Part shown: positions 21,773-33,341 of the stretch, piece by piece | Layout: every line of letters starts with the position of its first letter | Position numbering within the stretch: the first letter of the stretch is position 1 | Assembly: GCA_040285825.1 (NCBI GenBank) | Contig: JAUPSS010000004.1 | Location: 6,539,784-6,603,783 of the forward strand | Direction: 5' to 3' | Source of the DNA: Eukaryota sp. TZLM1-RC | Lineage: Eukaryota; Protista; Metamonada: BaSk clade | Length of the DNA stretch: 64,000 nt | Program-made: the position numbers and the translations under genes | Notes under the pieces: generated by a model | What the model saw: the letters and a program-made list of their open reading frames with translations, nothing else | Database searches by the model: none | Told to the model about the DNA's origin: nothing

Positions 21773-22915
21773 ATGCAAGAACCAACACCCTCGATATCAG
21801 CACTGCTCACACCTGCACTATCTGGACATCGACCAATAACTAAAGCTGATCTTCAATGCTTACTTGATCTTGTTGGTGTCTGTGAAGGACTTATATCACG
21901 ACTCCCATCTGATTTGGTTGTCAAATATCAATTAGTTAAACATTCTATTGCTAGTAAGATGATCAAAAGCTGCAGTTCTTCAATGAAGGCCTCAAAATTT
22001 ACTTCTTGCAACAAATCTACACAAGCTACAGCATTACCTCCAGATTATTTATGTGATAGTTTATCAAAAACAAGAGCTATACTGCGAAGAGTTGTCTTAA
22101 CATTTACAGACTCTTTACCGGAACCATGTCAAACTTATGCTGAATCCCTATCGTCTATTGCTACATCAGATGAACTTTTGGAACTCACAGCAGTGGAAAT
22201 GACAGAACTTGCGGGTCACATAGATCACATTACAAATGATCTTCAGTTAAAGTTGAAGGGATTCCAAGAATCTCAGAAAAGTAATAGAGAGACAATAAGT
22301 CATCTTAATTCCAAAATTGATGAATTAAAATCTGTAATTGATCATTTAAATCAAGATAAATCAGAAAACGATTCTGAAAGTACAAAAATAATTAATGATC
22401 TCAAACAACAAATCAAATCAATGAAGGTTCAACACAAGAATACTATAGATGATCTGCAGGAAAAGTGGAAAAATACCGTGCAGCGTTACAGGGTCAAGAT
22501 GCTCAATTGGAGTGAAGCACAAGTGGCAAACACTGCTGAAAAATATGAAGAAGAACTTCGAACGTTGAAGAAGCAGATTAAACGTTTAACTTCATCACAG
22601 GTAGAGGACCTAAAAACCGAAGAAAAGACTGTCAAAAGAGCTGATTCAGAATTTCAGACCGATTCTTCAATAAGCCAAACACAGTCAGATTTACCCATTG
22701 AACTTCCTTTACTGACTCCTTCGAGCCGATCTCCCCAACGTAAGCCTCTTCATCGCCATCAAACACCCAGTATAGATTTGGAGTCTGAATCAGATTCAGA
22801 GGCCATCAGAAACTCGTTACAAACACTCTATCCAAGCTCAAAACGACCATGTGGTCTGGAAGCCACTAAACAGCAACTAATAGATGCTTTAAGAAAAAGT
22901 AAAGAAGTCGGTTGA
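21773..22915 (+). CDS. Coiled-coil protein of unknown function
   Basis: Open frame from ATG 21773 with a long heptad-rich central region and a Ser/Pro-rich tail. Confidence 0.7.
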   Translation: MQEPTPSISALLTPALSGHRPITKADLQCLLDLVGVCEGLISRLPSDLVVKYQLVKHSIASKMIKSCSSSMKASKFTSCNKSTQATALPPDYLCDSLSKTRAILRRVVLTFTDSLPEPCQTYAESLSSIATSDELLELTAVEMTELAGHIDHITNDLQLKLKGFQESQKSNRETISHLNSKIDELKSVIDHLNQDKSENDSESTKIINDLKQQIKSMKVQHKNTIDDLQEKWKNTVQRYRVKMLNWSEAQVANTAEKYEEELRTLKKQIKRLTSSQVEDLKTEEKTVKRADSEFQTDSSISQTQSDLPIELPLLTPSSRSPQRKPLHRHQTPSIDLESESDSEAIRNSLQTLYPSSKRPCGLEATKQQLIDALRKSKEVG

Positions 22916-22973
22916 ATTCTTTTTGTACAATAAAATAATTTAAAACACTCCCAATAAAAAAGATTTTAATTGA

Positions 22974-23626
22974 TTAATCTTTTTTATTAGCAATAGGTGC
23001 AAAAAGAGGACGAAGTCGTTCAAAAACAACATCAACATGGTCATCAGAACGAACCATTTTCAGTCGTCCTTCTTCCTCAAAGTGGTGTATAACAGGTTGA
23101 GTTTGGTCTTTAAAAACAAAGAATCGCTTCATTATAGACTCTACATTGTCATCACTTCGACCGGATGAGCGACCTCGTTCCAGAAGACGTTCTCGTAAGA
23201 CTTCTTCAGGACAATCAAGAACTAAGCAAAATTCAAACCGTGTGACAGCCTTTTCGAAAGCTTCGAGTTGGTCTATTGCACGTGGAAAACCATCAATAAT
23301 GATGGTTTGTCCGGGAAACCTTAGTATCTCTGCTTTGAGTAATCTAGAATTAGATTAAACAAAATCATACTCAACAGTGATTTCATGCGGAACTATCAAC
23401 CCTTCTTTGATCATGTGGTCTATAAGGGCTCCGTGTTGTGAACCAGATTGTATTTCCCGTCGCAATAAGTCGCCAGCAGAAATGTGAATAATACCTAAAC
23501 GTTCATAAAGAAGTTTGGATTGAGTGCCTTTACCAGCTCCCGGTCCTCTGGTATAAGCAAAAGATAAAAACACAACCCTAATAGTGATATTACAGTTTGA
23601 CCTTGAAGTTTAGTACATTGGAGCAT
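22974..23626 (-). CDS. UMP-CMP kinase / adenylate kinase family (3 exons)
   Basis: Removing introns 23548-23576 (29 nt) and 23344-23370 (27 nt) gives [15 protein letters not shown]...HISAGDLLR...ITVELLK...IDGFPR...GRSDDN...KRF, with stop at 22974. Confidence 0.9.
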
Positions 23627-23665
23627 GATGGATGGAATTATTCATTTTTTTGTAATCATCCAACA
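23627..23665. promoter_or_regulatory. 39-bp divergent intergenic region (putative bidirectional promoter)
   Basis: Kinase ATG at 23626 (-) and bystin ATG at 23666 (+). Confidence 0.55.
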
Positions 23666-24904
23666 ATGCCTTCGCACAGCCGGAAACGACGTCTTCCCCT
23701 TTCTGAACAGATGGAAAATGACAAAATCATCCTTAAACCTTCTAAAAAAGCTAGAGCTGCAAAAACCTTGCTTGGCAGCGATACAGAAGATTCTGACCAC
23801 GAAACTCTTCCTACCAAGATCTCAAACAAAATACTTGCTTCAGCTGAAGCGCAACGTGAAGAAGAACAGCCAGAAAATGATCTCAACACCCATCCTTCAG
23901 AAGACCTTGAGTCAGAGGAAGAACAGATTGACATTGAAATGGACTCTGATGTAGACTGTGAAATTGATGCTGAAGATGAAGCTGCCCTTAGTGCTTTCTT
24001 TGGTCATCATGACATACCATCTCTCGATGACAGTGCTCCCCAACAGGAAGAAGGCAGAAATCTTGCTGATATGATACTACAAAAGATTTCGGAACATGAA
24101 GCATCAAAGAACCAAGAACCTACCAGTCTTGATCCAGAAGTTGTTGATCTTTTCCGTGGTCTTGGAACTTTTATGAAGGGTTACAGATCAGGTAAGGTTC
24201 CGAAGTCTCTCAAAATGCTTCCAGTTCTCAAGAATTGGGAGGAAGTCTTGGAGATTTCTGACCCTTTCTCTTGGACCCCCAATGGAGTGGAGAGGCTTAA
24301 TAGGGTTATGGTTTCCACAATGAAAGCAAAGACTTTGCAGCGGTTTTTTGAAAACTACTTGTTACCAATAGTACAGGAAGACATTGTTGAAAACAAGAAG
24401 CTAAATTATCATCTTTACCAGGCATTAAAGAAGTGTGTGTATAAGCCGGTTGCTTTTTATAAGGGTTTAATTCTTCCTCTTTTGGAAAGCGGTCGAGTTT
24501 CTAACCGTGAGGCCATTATCATTGGATCAATTTTGAAGAAAGTTTCCATTCCTGGTGTGCATTCTGCTGTTGCCCTTCTTAAAATGTTACAAATAGAATG
24601 GCATCCTCCTGTTTCGTTTTTTATTAGAATTTTATTAGATAAGAAATATAATCTGCCCGCCTCTGTTATTTCACAGGTTTCTCAATGGTTTATTGGTTTT
24701 TCTTCCACCAAGATCTCACTCCCCGTCGTTTGGCATCAGAGTTTACTCACTTTTGTGGAACGTTATAAGAGGGATATCAATGTAGAAGATAAGGATTCTT
24801 TGTTAAGGTTAATTAAAGCACATCACCACCCCAGCTTTGCTTCATTGATAAGAACGGAGCTTGCAGCGATAGACAGTAAGGTGGTTAATCAGTTGAGTAT
24901 TTAG
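23666..24904 (+). CDS. BYSL: Bystin / Enp1 (40S ribosome biogenesis)
   Basis: YRSGKVPK, KKLNYHLYQALKK, KPVAFYKGLILPL, REAIIIGSIL and LPVVWHQSLLTFVERY are bystin motifs. Confidence 0.92.
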   Translation: MPSHSRKRRLPLSEQMENDKIILKPSKKARAAKTLLGSDTEDSDHETLPTKISNKILASAEAQREEEQPENDLNTHPSEDLESEEEQIDIEMDSDVDCEIDAEDEAALSAFFGHHDIPSLDDSAPQQEEGRNLADMILQKISEHEASKNQEPTSLDPEVVDLFRGLGTFMKGYRSGKVPKSLKMLPVLKNWEEVLEISDPFSWTPNGVERLNRVMVSTMKAKTLQRFFENYLLPIVQEDIVENKKLNYHLYQALKKCVYKPVAFYKGLILPLLESGRVSNREAIIIGSILKKVSIPGVHSAVALLKMLQIEWHPPVSFFIRILLDKKYNLPASVISQVSQWFIGFSSTKISLPVVWHQSLLTFVERYKRDINVEDKDSLLRLIKAHHHPSFASLIRTELAAIDSKVVNQLSI

Positions 24905-25908
24905 ATTTTAGGCTTTTAGGTTTTAGGTTTTTTGGCTGTTTTATATAATTAAATGTTGGTTTGTGGTTCTTTTCAGTTGGATTTCCTTTTGGCAAAGTTG
25001 GTTTTATAAAACAGTTGGTCAACAATTTCTTCCAGAGAATACAGTATTTGTGCAATGCTGTGGTTACCATTACGGTCGATAATAGCAGATGACAACTGTT
25101 AGTTGTGGGAGTGATTAGAGAAAACTAAATGAATGTTTCACACCAAGCAACAATGATTCTCATTTTGACAAACTCTGATTTAGACTTTAATCAACAATTA
25201 ACAAGTGTACATTTCGTGGGACACCTTTTTTGTTTCATGATGATTCGGCTTTTATTCAAGACTAATGAGCAACGTATTGGATATGATTGAGTTTTATCGA
25301 TGAGATGAAAACTTGGAAGATATCAAGTAGACAATCTTGACCAATATTGCCAAACCTCCTCAATATCTAATTGACAAGTGGAGTTGAACACTTGTCGAAT
25401 TGTCTATCAATTTGTAAAATATTCTTTTCATTTTATTCACAAAATCAACATTCCATAATGTGGAAAATGTGTAGTGAGTAAGATGCTGAAGTGAATTGTG
25501 TGTGTGGACTGAAGATCCTGTATTATATACAATTAAAGTAGTCAAATTATTATTAGTATTATTAAATTTGATCTATTATTAGAAACACATTGAAATTATA
25601 TAAAGCAAACAAGCACAGATGTCGACTTTAGATTTGAAATGGTACTGACTTTGAGAAACTCAATTCAGTAATATGATGGAATATATAATAATTATTGACT
25701 TGAATTAGTGTCAAAACAATTATAAGGAAAACCCCAGCAATTCATTTTAGACTGAGCATATTGCAATTGTATGATGGAAAATTCTGAGAGGTGGAGAATG
25801 AAAATGGCTGATGGAAGATATCACAAAATGAAAATGCAGAAGAAAGAAAAACACAAAACTTAATTGTACAAGCATAAACATTTATTAGACACAAGTTTTT
25901 GATAAAAA

Positions 25909-27267
25909 TCAAGATATTACTCGTTGTTCTCGTGAAGTTACAATAACATCTTGAAGATCGTTATCAACCTCCAGCTCTTTACCATGATCTACAACAATAA
26001 TGACAGTACCAGAGAGCTTTACCCCTGCATCAAAGGTTACATCCCCAGAAACTGTTAGATGGCACAAGTTTGACAGATCAGGTACTTGAGGAACCCGCTT
26101 ATTGAAAGCTTCCACTGTAGTGAAGGAATGTCCTAATCGAACAGGAGGAGCAATAGAATTAAAGGACCACCACTTGGCTGCTGGATTTTTTACCAATCGA
26201 CCATGTTCGTTTACAAATAAATTAGACTTTACCAGGAATAAGTCATTAGTCTTCTTTACTGGAAGGAAACGATCACGAGGGACGATTACAGCCCCAGCGT
26301 GTTTAAATGAACTAATGGCACTTCCCACAGCTTGTTCCAGTTGTAACACAGGCCTATCTCCTAATTTTTTAGGGTTCACAATGACATCAAGATCGAGTTC
26401 CTTGCTGTCAAGAAGCTGTTTTGCTGCGGGAATTTTAAACCAGATGTTATTGGTGTTGAAGTAGGGGAACTTTGAGATTGAGGTAAAATCATTCATATGA
26501 TCTTTGGGAACTTGTGCAGATTCAAGCAAAGATACACGATTCTCATATGTTATAACCGCTCCTCCCTTCACATCGGCAGCAGTCTTGATAGTTTGCTCTG
26601 ATATAAAATCATGATCATGAGTCATATACTTCAAAATAGACAGGTCTAAAGTTGCACCGAGGTTATCAATGTTGGATACGAAAATGATGTCACGTCCCTC
26701 TAGCATGAGACTATCTAGCAGACCAGAACGTTTGAGAGTGCGGAAAACATCACCATGACCAGGTGGATACCATTCTTCTGGCTTATCACGGGTAGTGGCA
26801 ATTGGTTCCCAGGTAGAAGCATCTAAGCGAGGAAATTGTGATTGAACACAATTGAGAACACGAACAGCAGCCGGTGAATTGGCCAATGCTTGCTTTGTAT
26901 CTTGATCGGTATTGAACGAGTTCATGAGTAACAGTGGAACTTCAGACTGGAACTCCTTGTTCAAATGTTCAATCTGTTCCAGAACGAGGTCCAAGAATGT
27001 TTTGCCGTCTTGAACTTCAATGAGTGATTTGGGACCGGCACATCCCATAGATGTTCCTAGTCCACCATTGAGTTTCATGACAACAACCCTTTTGAGGAGA
27101 CCTTCGATCTCCTCTCTACGAGGAGCAGAGATCGAGGACGCGTCAACAACTTGGTTATCCTTTTCAGTGAGTGGATATACTCTGCTCCAATCGAGAGGTT
27201 TAAGAGATTGAGCTTTCTCTATGATAGAGGTAAACTCTTGGCGTAGTTCAGGTTCAAGAAGATCCAT
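25909..27267 (-). CDS. UGP: UTP--glucose-1-phosphate uridylyltransferase (UGPase)
   Basis: KLNGGLGTSMGCAGPKS, LMNSFNT, WYPPGHGD, VSNIDNLGA, FNTNNIW, RFLPVKK. First ATG at 27267. Confidence 0.95.
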   Translation of the reverse strand: MDLLEPELRQEFTSIIEKAQSLKPLDWSRVYPLTEKDNQVVDASSISAPRREEIEGLLKRVVVMKLNGGLGTSMGCAGPKSLIEVQDGKTFLDLVLEQIEHLNKEFQSEVPLLLMNSFNTDQDTKQALANSPAAVRVLNCVQSQFPRLDASTWEPIATTRDKPEEWYPPGHGDVFRTLKRSGLLDSLMLEGRDIIFVSNIDNLGATLDLSILKYMTHDHDFISEQTIKTAADVKGGAVITYENRVSLLESAQVPKDHMNDFTSISKFPYFNTNNIWFKIPAAKQLLDSKELDLDVIVNPKKLGDRPVLQLEQAVGSAISSFKHAGAVIVPRDRFLPVKKTNDLFLVKSNLFVNEHGRLVKNPAAKWWSFNSIAPPVRLGHSFTTVEAFNKRVPQVPDLSNLCHLTVSGDVTFDAGVKLSGTVIIVVDHGKELEVDNDLQDVIVTSREQRVIS

Positions 27268-27856
27268 AATTGCACAAACAGTTGGTAAGTTATAAATAGG
27301 CTCTATCAGTCCAATTAACGACAAGGACAAGCATGATACGTGTTAATGTGTCACAATTGACTTTGATTGACTGGAAATTATAATTCCTTCTTATACATCA
27401 AAGTACTTTCTTATGAGTTCTGAATTATTTATTCACTGTTCATGAAGGTGTGCTTTTCATGTTGATGATGACTACTTTAATTTAGACCAACCTGTGCCTT
27501 TCAACCCAAATAGGTACATCATAGCATAGATAACACCTAAGTCGAATCACCGACACTGAACTCTTGTTTCTCATTATCCAGTTTACATTCACGGAATTTA
27601 GTTATACCATAATACATTTTGTTCATTTCAACATAACAACTAAAAACACTGGGTTAGTTTCCCACGTTCTTGACACGATAAAGTCAAACGATTATTTTCA
27701 ACACCGGGATCTACAATATTCAATACCTTGAATTAACTATTTTTCAAATTTCACTTTAAAAAAAGAAACAGTCTGTACTATCCAGTCCTCTTGAGTAGAG
27801 TCTGAAATTGGGACACTGGTACTAAGTGTATCAACAATAATTGAAGGTTGTTCGTT

Positions 27857-28655
27857 AATTTATTGAACTTGCACACTTAACAAAGTAAACTCATAACTAA
27901 TGGGACGAAATTCATTGAACCAAGATTTCCTCTACAAATCTTGATCTGCTTGATGTCTAGCCAAGGCTTTTCTAATTCGATTGAAAAACCGATGCAATCT
28001 ATTAATAATGGTAAATTGAATCCGAGAGCGCCATGAAAAGATATTCAATATTTTCATTGTTTTATCTTGCACCATTGTTTGGAAAGCATTCATAAAAATT
28101 CCTGCTTCCACTGACAGACTTCAGCTTATAGAAAATGGGATAGCAATAAAAACAAGTGGTCTATTTTTATCAGCATTAGCTTCTTCAATATCTTTGTCAT
28201 ATTTTCATTGTTTTTCTTGGGCCTTAAATTCAAGAACATCTTCAGGATTAAGTTTTCTTCTTTGAACCAAAGTGTCATTTGCAACATTACAGGAGACAAA
28301 GTCAACAACAGCTTCAGAGTTCTCAATCCAATCACAGTATATATCACCTCTATCCTCAGAACCAAAATTATTCAATGACAGTGTTTCTTTCAACAGAAGC
28401 TCTTTGATACACGAGATTCTTGGAGTTCGTGCCATATTAAAAACAGTGTCTCTAACAGCATCATTTAATGAAGAACGTTAAGTTATCAATTTAGAGCAAT
28501 TCAGAGCAGGGCGTAAAGTGAGTTGAGGTGAATTCGAACAAATACATTTTTCTTTTAATAATTGTATACTGGGAATATTCAAATATAATCTCATTTTTGT
28601 TTCAAACGCTTCACTATTAGCACACAGTACAAATCTTTATGGAACAATGGTTTTA
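27857..28655 (-). mobile_element. 5'-truncated RLE non-LTR retrotransposon, subfamily N2 (degenerate)
   Basis: Zn-knuckle/RLE remnants (...RGDIYCDWIENSEAVVDFVSCN...). Similar to the copies at 47.9-50.1 kb. Confidence 0.85.
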
Positions 28656-29710
28656 AACAGAACGTTGTACAATACAATTTACGTTTAAGCATCGGATGTC
28701 CTCCACAGACCAGACCATTGAACTGTTTGCAATTTGCCATGTTCATAGCTGACTTCCTATTTGTAATGAAATTTTGTTGTTTAAACTAAGCAGAGATTGG
28801 TAAAAAATTGCAAAAATTCAACTACGGTTCAATGTATCAAAAAAAGTTTTTACGTATATTTCTAATAACTTCTATTCAAATTGCTAACATGTACTGTCAC
28901 ATCAATAATGCTGCAAACTACCAAAAACACTCCCCCATTACCAGAAAAAATGAGAAATACTGTGCCGGAAGTTATCTTTATGTAAAATTTTGCATTTCAA
29001 AAGCGAAAAAAATCCGAAATAGTTGAGTTTTAGTCTTCTTTTACCGTTGCAACAGGAAGTTACCAATACGATATTTCTTGACCACTAGAACATGAAACAT
29101 TAATTCTTGGTTCATTGAAGCGTGCATTTAAAGGTACAAATGATGAATCCACTCCATTGTCAATACTGCCCTGCTGATGCCATTGATGACTCACCATTAT
29201 CTATAATGTCACAAACAGCGATCATATCGAACATCCAGCCAACGGCGAGGGAACATAAAATTTAACACCTTTTTTGCATTTCGAAGAAAGACCGCAAATT
29301 TTCCCTTACTTTTGTTGCAAAAGTAGATCTAAACATTGAGTACCGAAGAGATGCCGCACATGATTTGAATACTGAATACTCATATCTAAATTTATTAACA
29401 TGTAACCAGGATCACTCTAGGATTATTAATTGTGGTACATCACTCTACATATATTGGTAATTTGAAGACAATTGCGTCTGTTGAATAAGTATATTGAAGT
29501 ACAAAACTTATTCAGCATCAATACTCGAAATCGTTACCTTTGTTTGCAAAATTCTTTTGACACTGACTTTGAAAGTTTTTCTGAACAAATTAACAGAATA
29601 GATCTATTTGGAACGGAAATTTATTTGAATTGAACAGAAAAAATGAAGCAAATGAAGAAAGAAATTGATCAACAATTTGAACTGTTTTTAATCTTTTGAG
29701 ACTTCTTTCC

Positions 29711-30550
29711 TTTTTTTTAATTTGAAATTTATTTTGAACGCTAACATAACATTAATCAATAAACTAGAACTCAATATCCTCAATACATGCATCAACATCA
29801 TCAAATCTTTTAAGCGCGCGATTTTCATACTCTATTCCCAATTGTAACAGTGCTTTGGTTATCATTTCCGGAATTGCTTTAAGAATACTAAAAACAATTC
29901 TATTGTGCCAGAAATTGAAGTTCAATTCTTTTCCTGCTCTTTCTTTTATTAAACTTCTGAAACCTTCAAGAAATTTAATGCCAGATATTCCAATGTTACC
30001 AAAAAGAGAAACAGCAAATGGAACCAACTGATACCTGACATGCTCAACACGTCCTAGCTGAGATAAGGGTTCATTGTACTTTTTGATTTTGCTCTTTTCA
30101 GCACAGCAAAGTGGAGTTTCATCTCTTTTAGCAAAATCAATTGCTGAGTCTTTACAAACATCAACAGTGACTACATCAACAACTTTAATAACACCATCAG
30201 ACCCAGGGGTAATTAAATCAGCACGGCGTTTCCCAAAAGTATTTTCATCTTCATTTTCAGATGACAACCTTCGCACAAGTGGTTCAACAAAAACTTCAAT
30301 GTGATGACTTTTGCACATAGCGTATAGTTGGTCTCTAACAGCATCGTGAACAACTGAGCGATATGTAATATTAAATTTGCAATTAAATAAATGATTCAGA
30401 TTAATGAGCTGACCACAACGACAAATCAAATCATTTGGCACACTACATGGCCACAGAAAACACCTCATCCTGAAGGCAGTTGTCCATTGATGATCATTTA
30501 ATAATAGACCATATACATTTGGAATCTGGGAAATAAGACAAGCTACTTTC
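29711..30550 (-). mobile_element. 5'-truncated RLE non-LTR retrotransposon, subfamily N3, with open C-terminal frame
   Basis: CRCG...HLFNC...RSVVHDAVRD...EP...RADL...DVVTVD...KIKKY...PFAVSLFG is the CCHC plus PD-(D/E)xK-type RLE arrangement. A-rich tail near 29711. Confidence 0.88.
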
Positions 30551-30673
30551 CTCAAGGTCAATTAAAAAGTTTTTTTTTCAAAACTAATATTTATTGAGAT
30601 AAAAATAACCATCTAGAATTCCATATCCTCCAAACAAGCGTCACTATTAAAAAGTTTGCTTCTTTCCTGACCA

Positions 30674-33130
30674 ATGCTTTGGCTGACACAGTTCAGAGTA
30701 CTCTTATGGAAGAACTTCCTCGAACTGAAACGTTCATGGTTCTCCCTCTCTTTACGCACAATTCTTCCAATCCTCATTCTTGTCGTTTATGTTCTGAACC
30801 AATCGTCCACTGGTTTATCATCTTATCTTGATTTTTCCCAACAAGGGAAAACAGTCAAGCACCCTCCTTCGCACCCAATCTCACAGGACTTCCCCACCTG
30901 TGAACGTCCTTGTTTAACCCTAGCCGTAGCCCCAGACGATCAAATCATCAGGGATTTAGTCCAGGAACTGATGGATACCCAAGGCCAATCCCTCTCCAAT
31001 GTTCACTTCCTTCCTTCCTATGACGACCTCTCTCTCTTCCTTTTCAACGGCTCTTCCAATCCTGTCTTAGCTGGTCTTCATTTCACCCCAGATCACGACG
31101 CCCGTACCTTGGAAGCTGTGGTCCAAGTCAATACTTCCACTTATCCAACCTGTCATTATAGTGGGGATGGGTCTCTTGCCAGTGGTGGTGTTGCTCTTGA
31201 CCCTTGTCATGAATTGTTCACCAATGTAGTTTATCCTCTCCACTCTTCCCTTCAAGCAGCTTTCCTTTCTTTCTCCACGCAAAAACAATGGGACCTGGAC
31301 CTTTCTTTTGCCTTTTCCCCCCACCCCGTCATTGGTTCTGTCAGCTCTACCTCTGATGGAGCGGGTGTCTTGAGTTACTACCTAGTCTTTATGATTCTTT
31401 TATTGTCTTGGTTAATTATTGAGGAGAAAAAGAATTCAATGAGAGCTCATTTGATTCAATCTGGCCTACATGACTCGGCCTACTGGGCAAGTTGGGGTCT
31501 CACCATCTTTATTATTTTCTTTATTTGTTTTGTTTTAGTATTGATTTGTGGGTTTGTTCTGAACTTTACCTTATTAACTGTTAATGACTTTTCCTTGGCA
31601 ATTTACGTTTCATTTCATTTATTATTTTTTGTAACAACAGCGATTTTATTGACTTCTTCTTTAGTTAATTCACCTACAGGTTGGGCTGGAATTTCTGTTT
31701 TGTTTCTTTTATTTAGCTCTATTTTTTCAAATTTAGTTCCATTTTTGCTAGAAATCCCATTAAGAAATTCAGTTTTTTGGTCTTATTTAGTTTTGTTGTT
31801 TCCCCCTTCTTTAATCTTTACTGTATTAAACACTCTTTCTTTTACAGCAGGTGAGGAAATTGGTGGTATTGGAATCGATGACATCTCTAAAATTTGTCCA
31901 ATGAGCTCTTTTGGGCCTGATTTTCCCTGTAAGTTTTTCCTTTCTGATTATTTATTCTTAATGAGACTTTTTTGTTTGGTTTATGTTGGCTTGGCTCTGT
32001 ATATTGCCACTGTTTTCCCAAAGAGAAGTGGTGGACCCTTTGGAGATCCTCTATTGGTATTTAACTATTTTTTGGAAAAGTTTAGGTCAAATAGAAGAGT
32101 TTTGACCGCTCAAAATGATCGACACACGTCATCTTCTGACCCTGATATCGCGTCATTGGCTCATAAAAGTTATGATTTTGATAGAAATGTCATTTCCGTT
32201 TCTCTACTATCCAGATTTTTCAGATATGGCTTCCTTTGGTTGAACAAAACCAAAGCCATCAACGGTGTTTCTTTTGGTGTGCAAAAGAACGTCACCACTG
32301 CTTTAATAGGTCAGAATGGTAGCGGAAAGTCTACGCTTTTGAATGTTTTACTTGGAGAATTCAGTCCATCTAAAGGTATTGCGTTTGTGTTTGAAAAGAA
32401 CGTAATCACTCAAAAAAGATTGATTAGGTCAAAAACTAATGTGATCCCTCAGTTTGATTGTGTTTATTCTGAGCTTACTGCCTTTGAAAATATGATTTTC
32501 CTGGGAAGAATACGTGGTCTTTCCGTTTCTGACTGCCTAGAACAATCACGACATCTTTTTGAGCTGATTGGCCTTGATGACGTGGCCAACCGTAGAGTTT
32601 CTACCTATTCTGGTGGAATGGTACGCCGTTTATCTGTTGCCTTGGGATTTTTGGGTTCAGCCAGCCTGGTATTAGCTGATGAAATGAGCACTGGCTTGTC
32701 ACCCACAGATAAGCAAAAAGTTTGGAATTTGTTGCAAAAAGAAAAGGAAAAGAGGACTGTCTTGATCATTGAGCATGATCTTTTATCAGCCGACATGCTT
32801 TGTGATTCAATCATTATGATGCACAAGGGTCACGTTATTGCCTCTGGTACTCCCCTCCATTTGAAATCTAGATTTGGTTCGGGGGTGATGGTTTCGGCAA
32901 GTGTAAATGACGATACTTTTGACAAGGTAGTCAACGTTATGAAATTCTTTGGTCCTATTGTAAAGTTGGAAGGAATGCTACAGGTAAAAGTTGAAGGTGT
33001 CCAAGAGGCTCAAAATTTGCTTGAACGACTTGAAAATGAAGGAATTAATGATATCTTGATTGATATGAGCACGATGAATGATGTATTTATGAAAGCTATT
33101 GCTGAATTTTCCAAGCAAACTCATCATTGA
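30674..33130 (+). CDS. ABCA-family half transporter
   Basis: N-terminal TM1, extracellular loop, five further TMs, Walker A GQNGSGKS, signature YSGGMVRRL, LADEMSTG, GTPLHLKSRFG. Confidence 0.9.
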   Translation: MLWLTQFRVLLWKNFLELKRSWFSLSLRTILPILILVVYVLNQSSTGLSSYLDFSQQGKTVKHPPSHPISQDFPTCERPCLTLAVAPDDQIIRDLVQELMDTQGQSLSNVHFLPSYDDLSLFLFNGSSNPVLAGLHFTPDHDARTLEAVVQVNTSTYPTCHYSGDGSLASGGVALDPCHELFTNVVYPLHSSLQAAFLSFSTQKQWDLDLSFAFSPHPVIGSVSSTSDGAGVLSYYLVFMILLLSWLIIEEKKNSMRAHLIQSGLHDSAYWASWGLTIFIIFFICFVLVLICGFVLNFTLLTVNDFSLAIYVSFHLLFFVTTAILLTSSLVNSPTGWAGISVLFLLFSSIFSNLVPFLLEIPLRNSVFWSYLVLLFPPSLIFTVLNTLSFTAGEEIGGIGIDDISKICPMSSFGPDFPCKFFLSDYLFLMRLFCLVYVGLALYIATVFPKRSGGPFGDPLLVFNYFLEKFRSNRRVLTAQNDRHTSSSDPDIASLAHKSYDFDRNVISVSLLSRFFRYGFLWLNKTKAINGVSFGVQKNVTTALIGQNGSGKSTLLNVLLGEFSPSKGIAFVFEKNVITQKRLIRSKTNVIPQFDCVYSELTAFENMIFLGRIRGLSVSDCLEQSRHLFELIGLDDVANRRVSTYSGGMVRRLSVALGFLGSASLVLADEMSTGLSPTDKQKVWNLLQKEKEKRTVLIIEHDLLSADMLCDSIIMMHKGHVIASGTPLHLKSRFGSGVMVSASVNDDTFDKVVNVMKFFGPIVKLEGMLQVKVEGVQEAQNLLERLENEGINDILIDMSTMNDVFMKAIAEFSKQTHH

Positions 33131-33341
33131 TTTGATTGAATTTTAGTAGTTGTATATAAATTTCTTTTTGTTTGGATTAATTTTTCAGTTTCTCACGGTT
33201 GTTCTTGTATTTAAGTAGTTTCTATATCAATTTTTTTTGAACTTCAGAGTTTACCTAACAAACTATTTGTTACACTATTCACATTTTATGAAAAGCATAC
33301 CAAAATTTATTTACAAAACCAAATAACCAAATCAAAACCAA

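Noticed and set aside
24903-24935. TTTTAGG repeats as interstitial telomere
   Set aside because: Only about three imperfect units in a T-rich 3' UTR.
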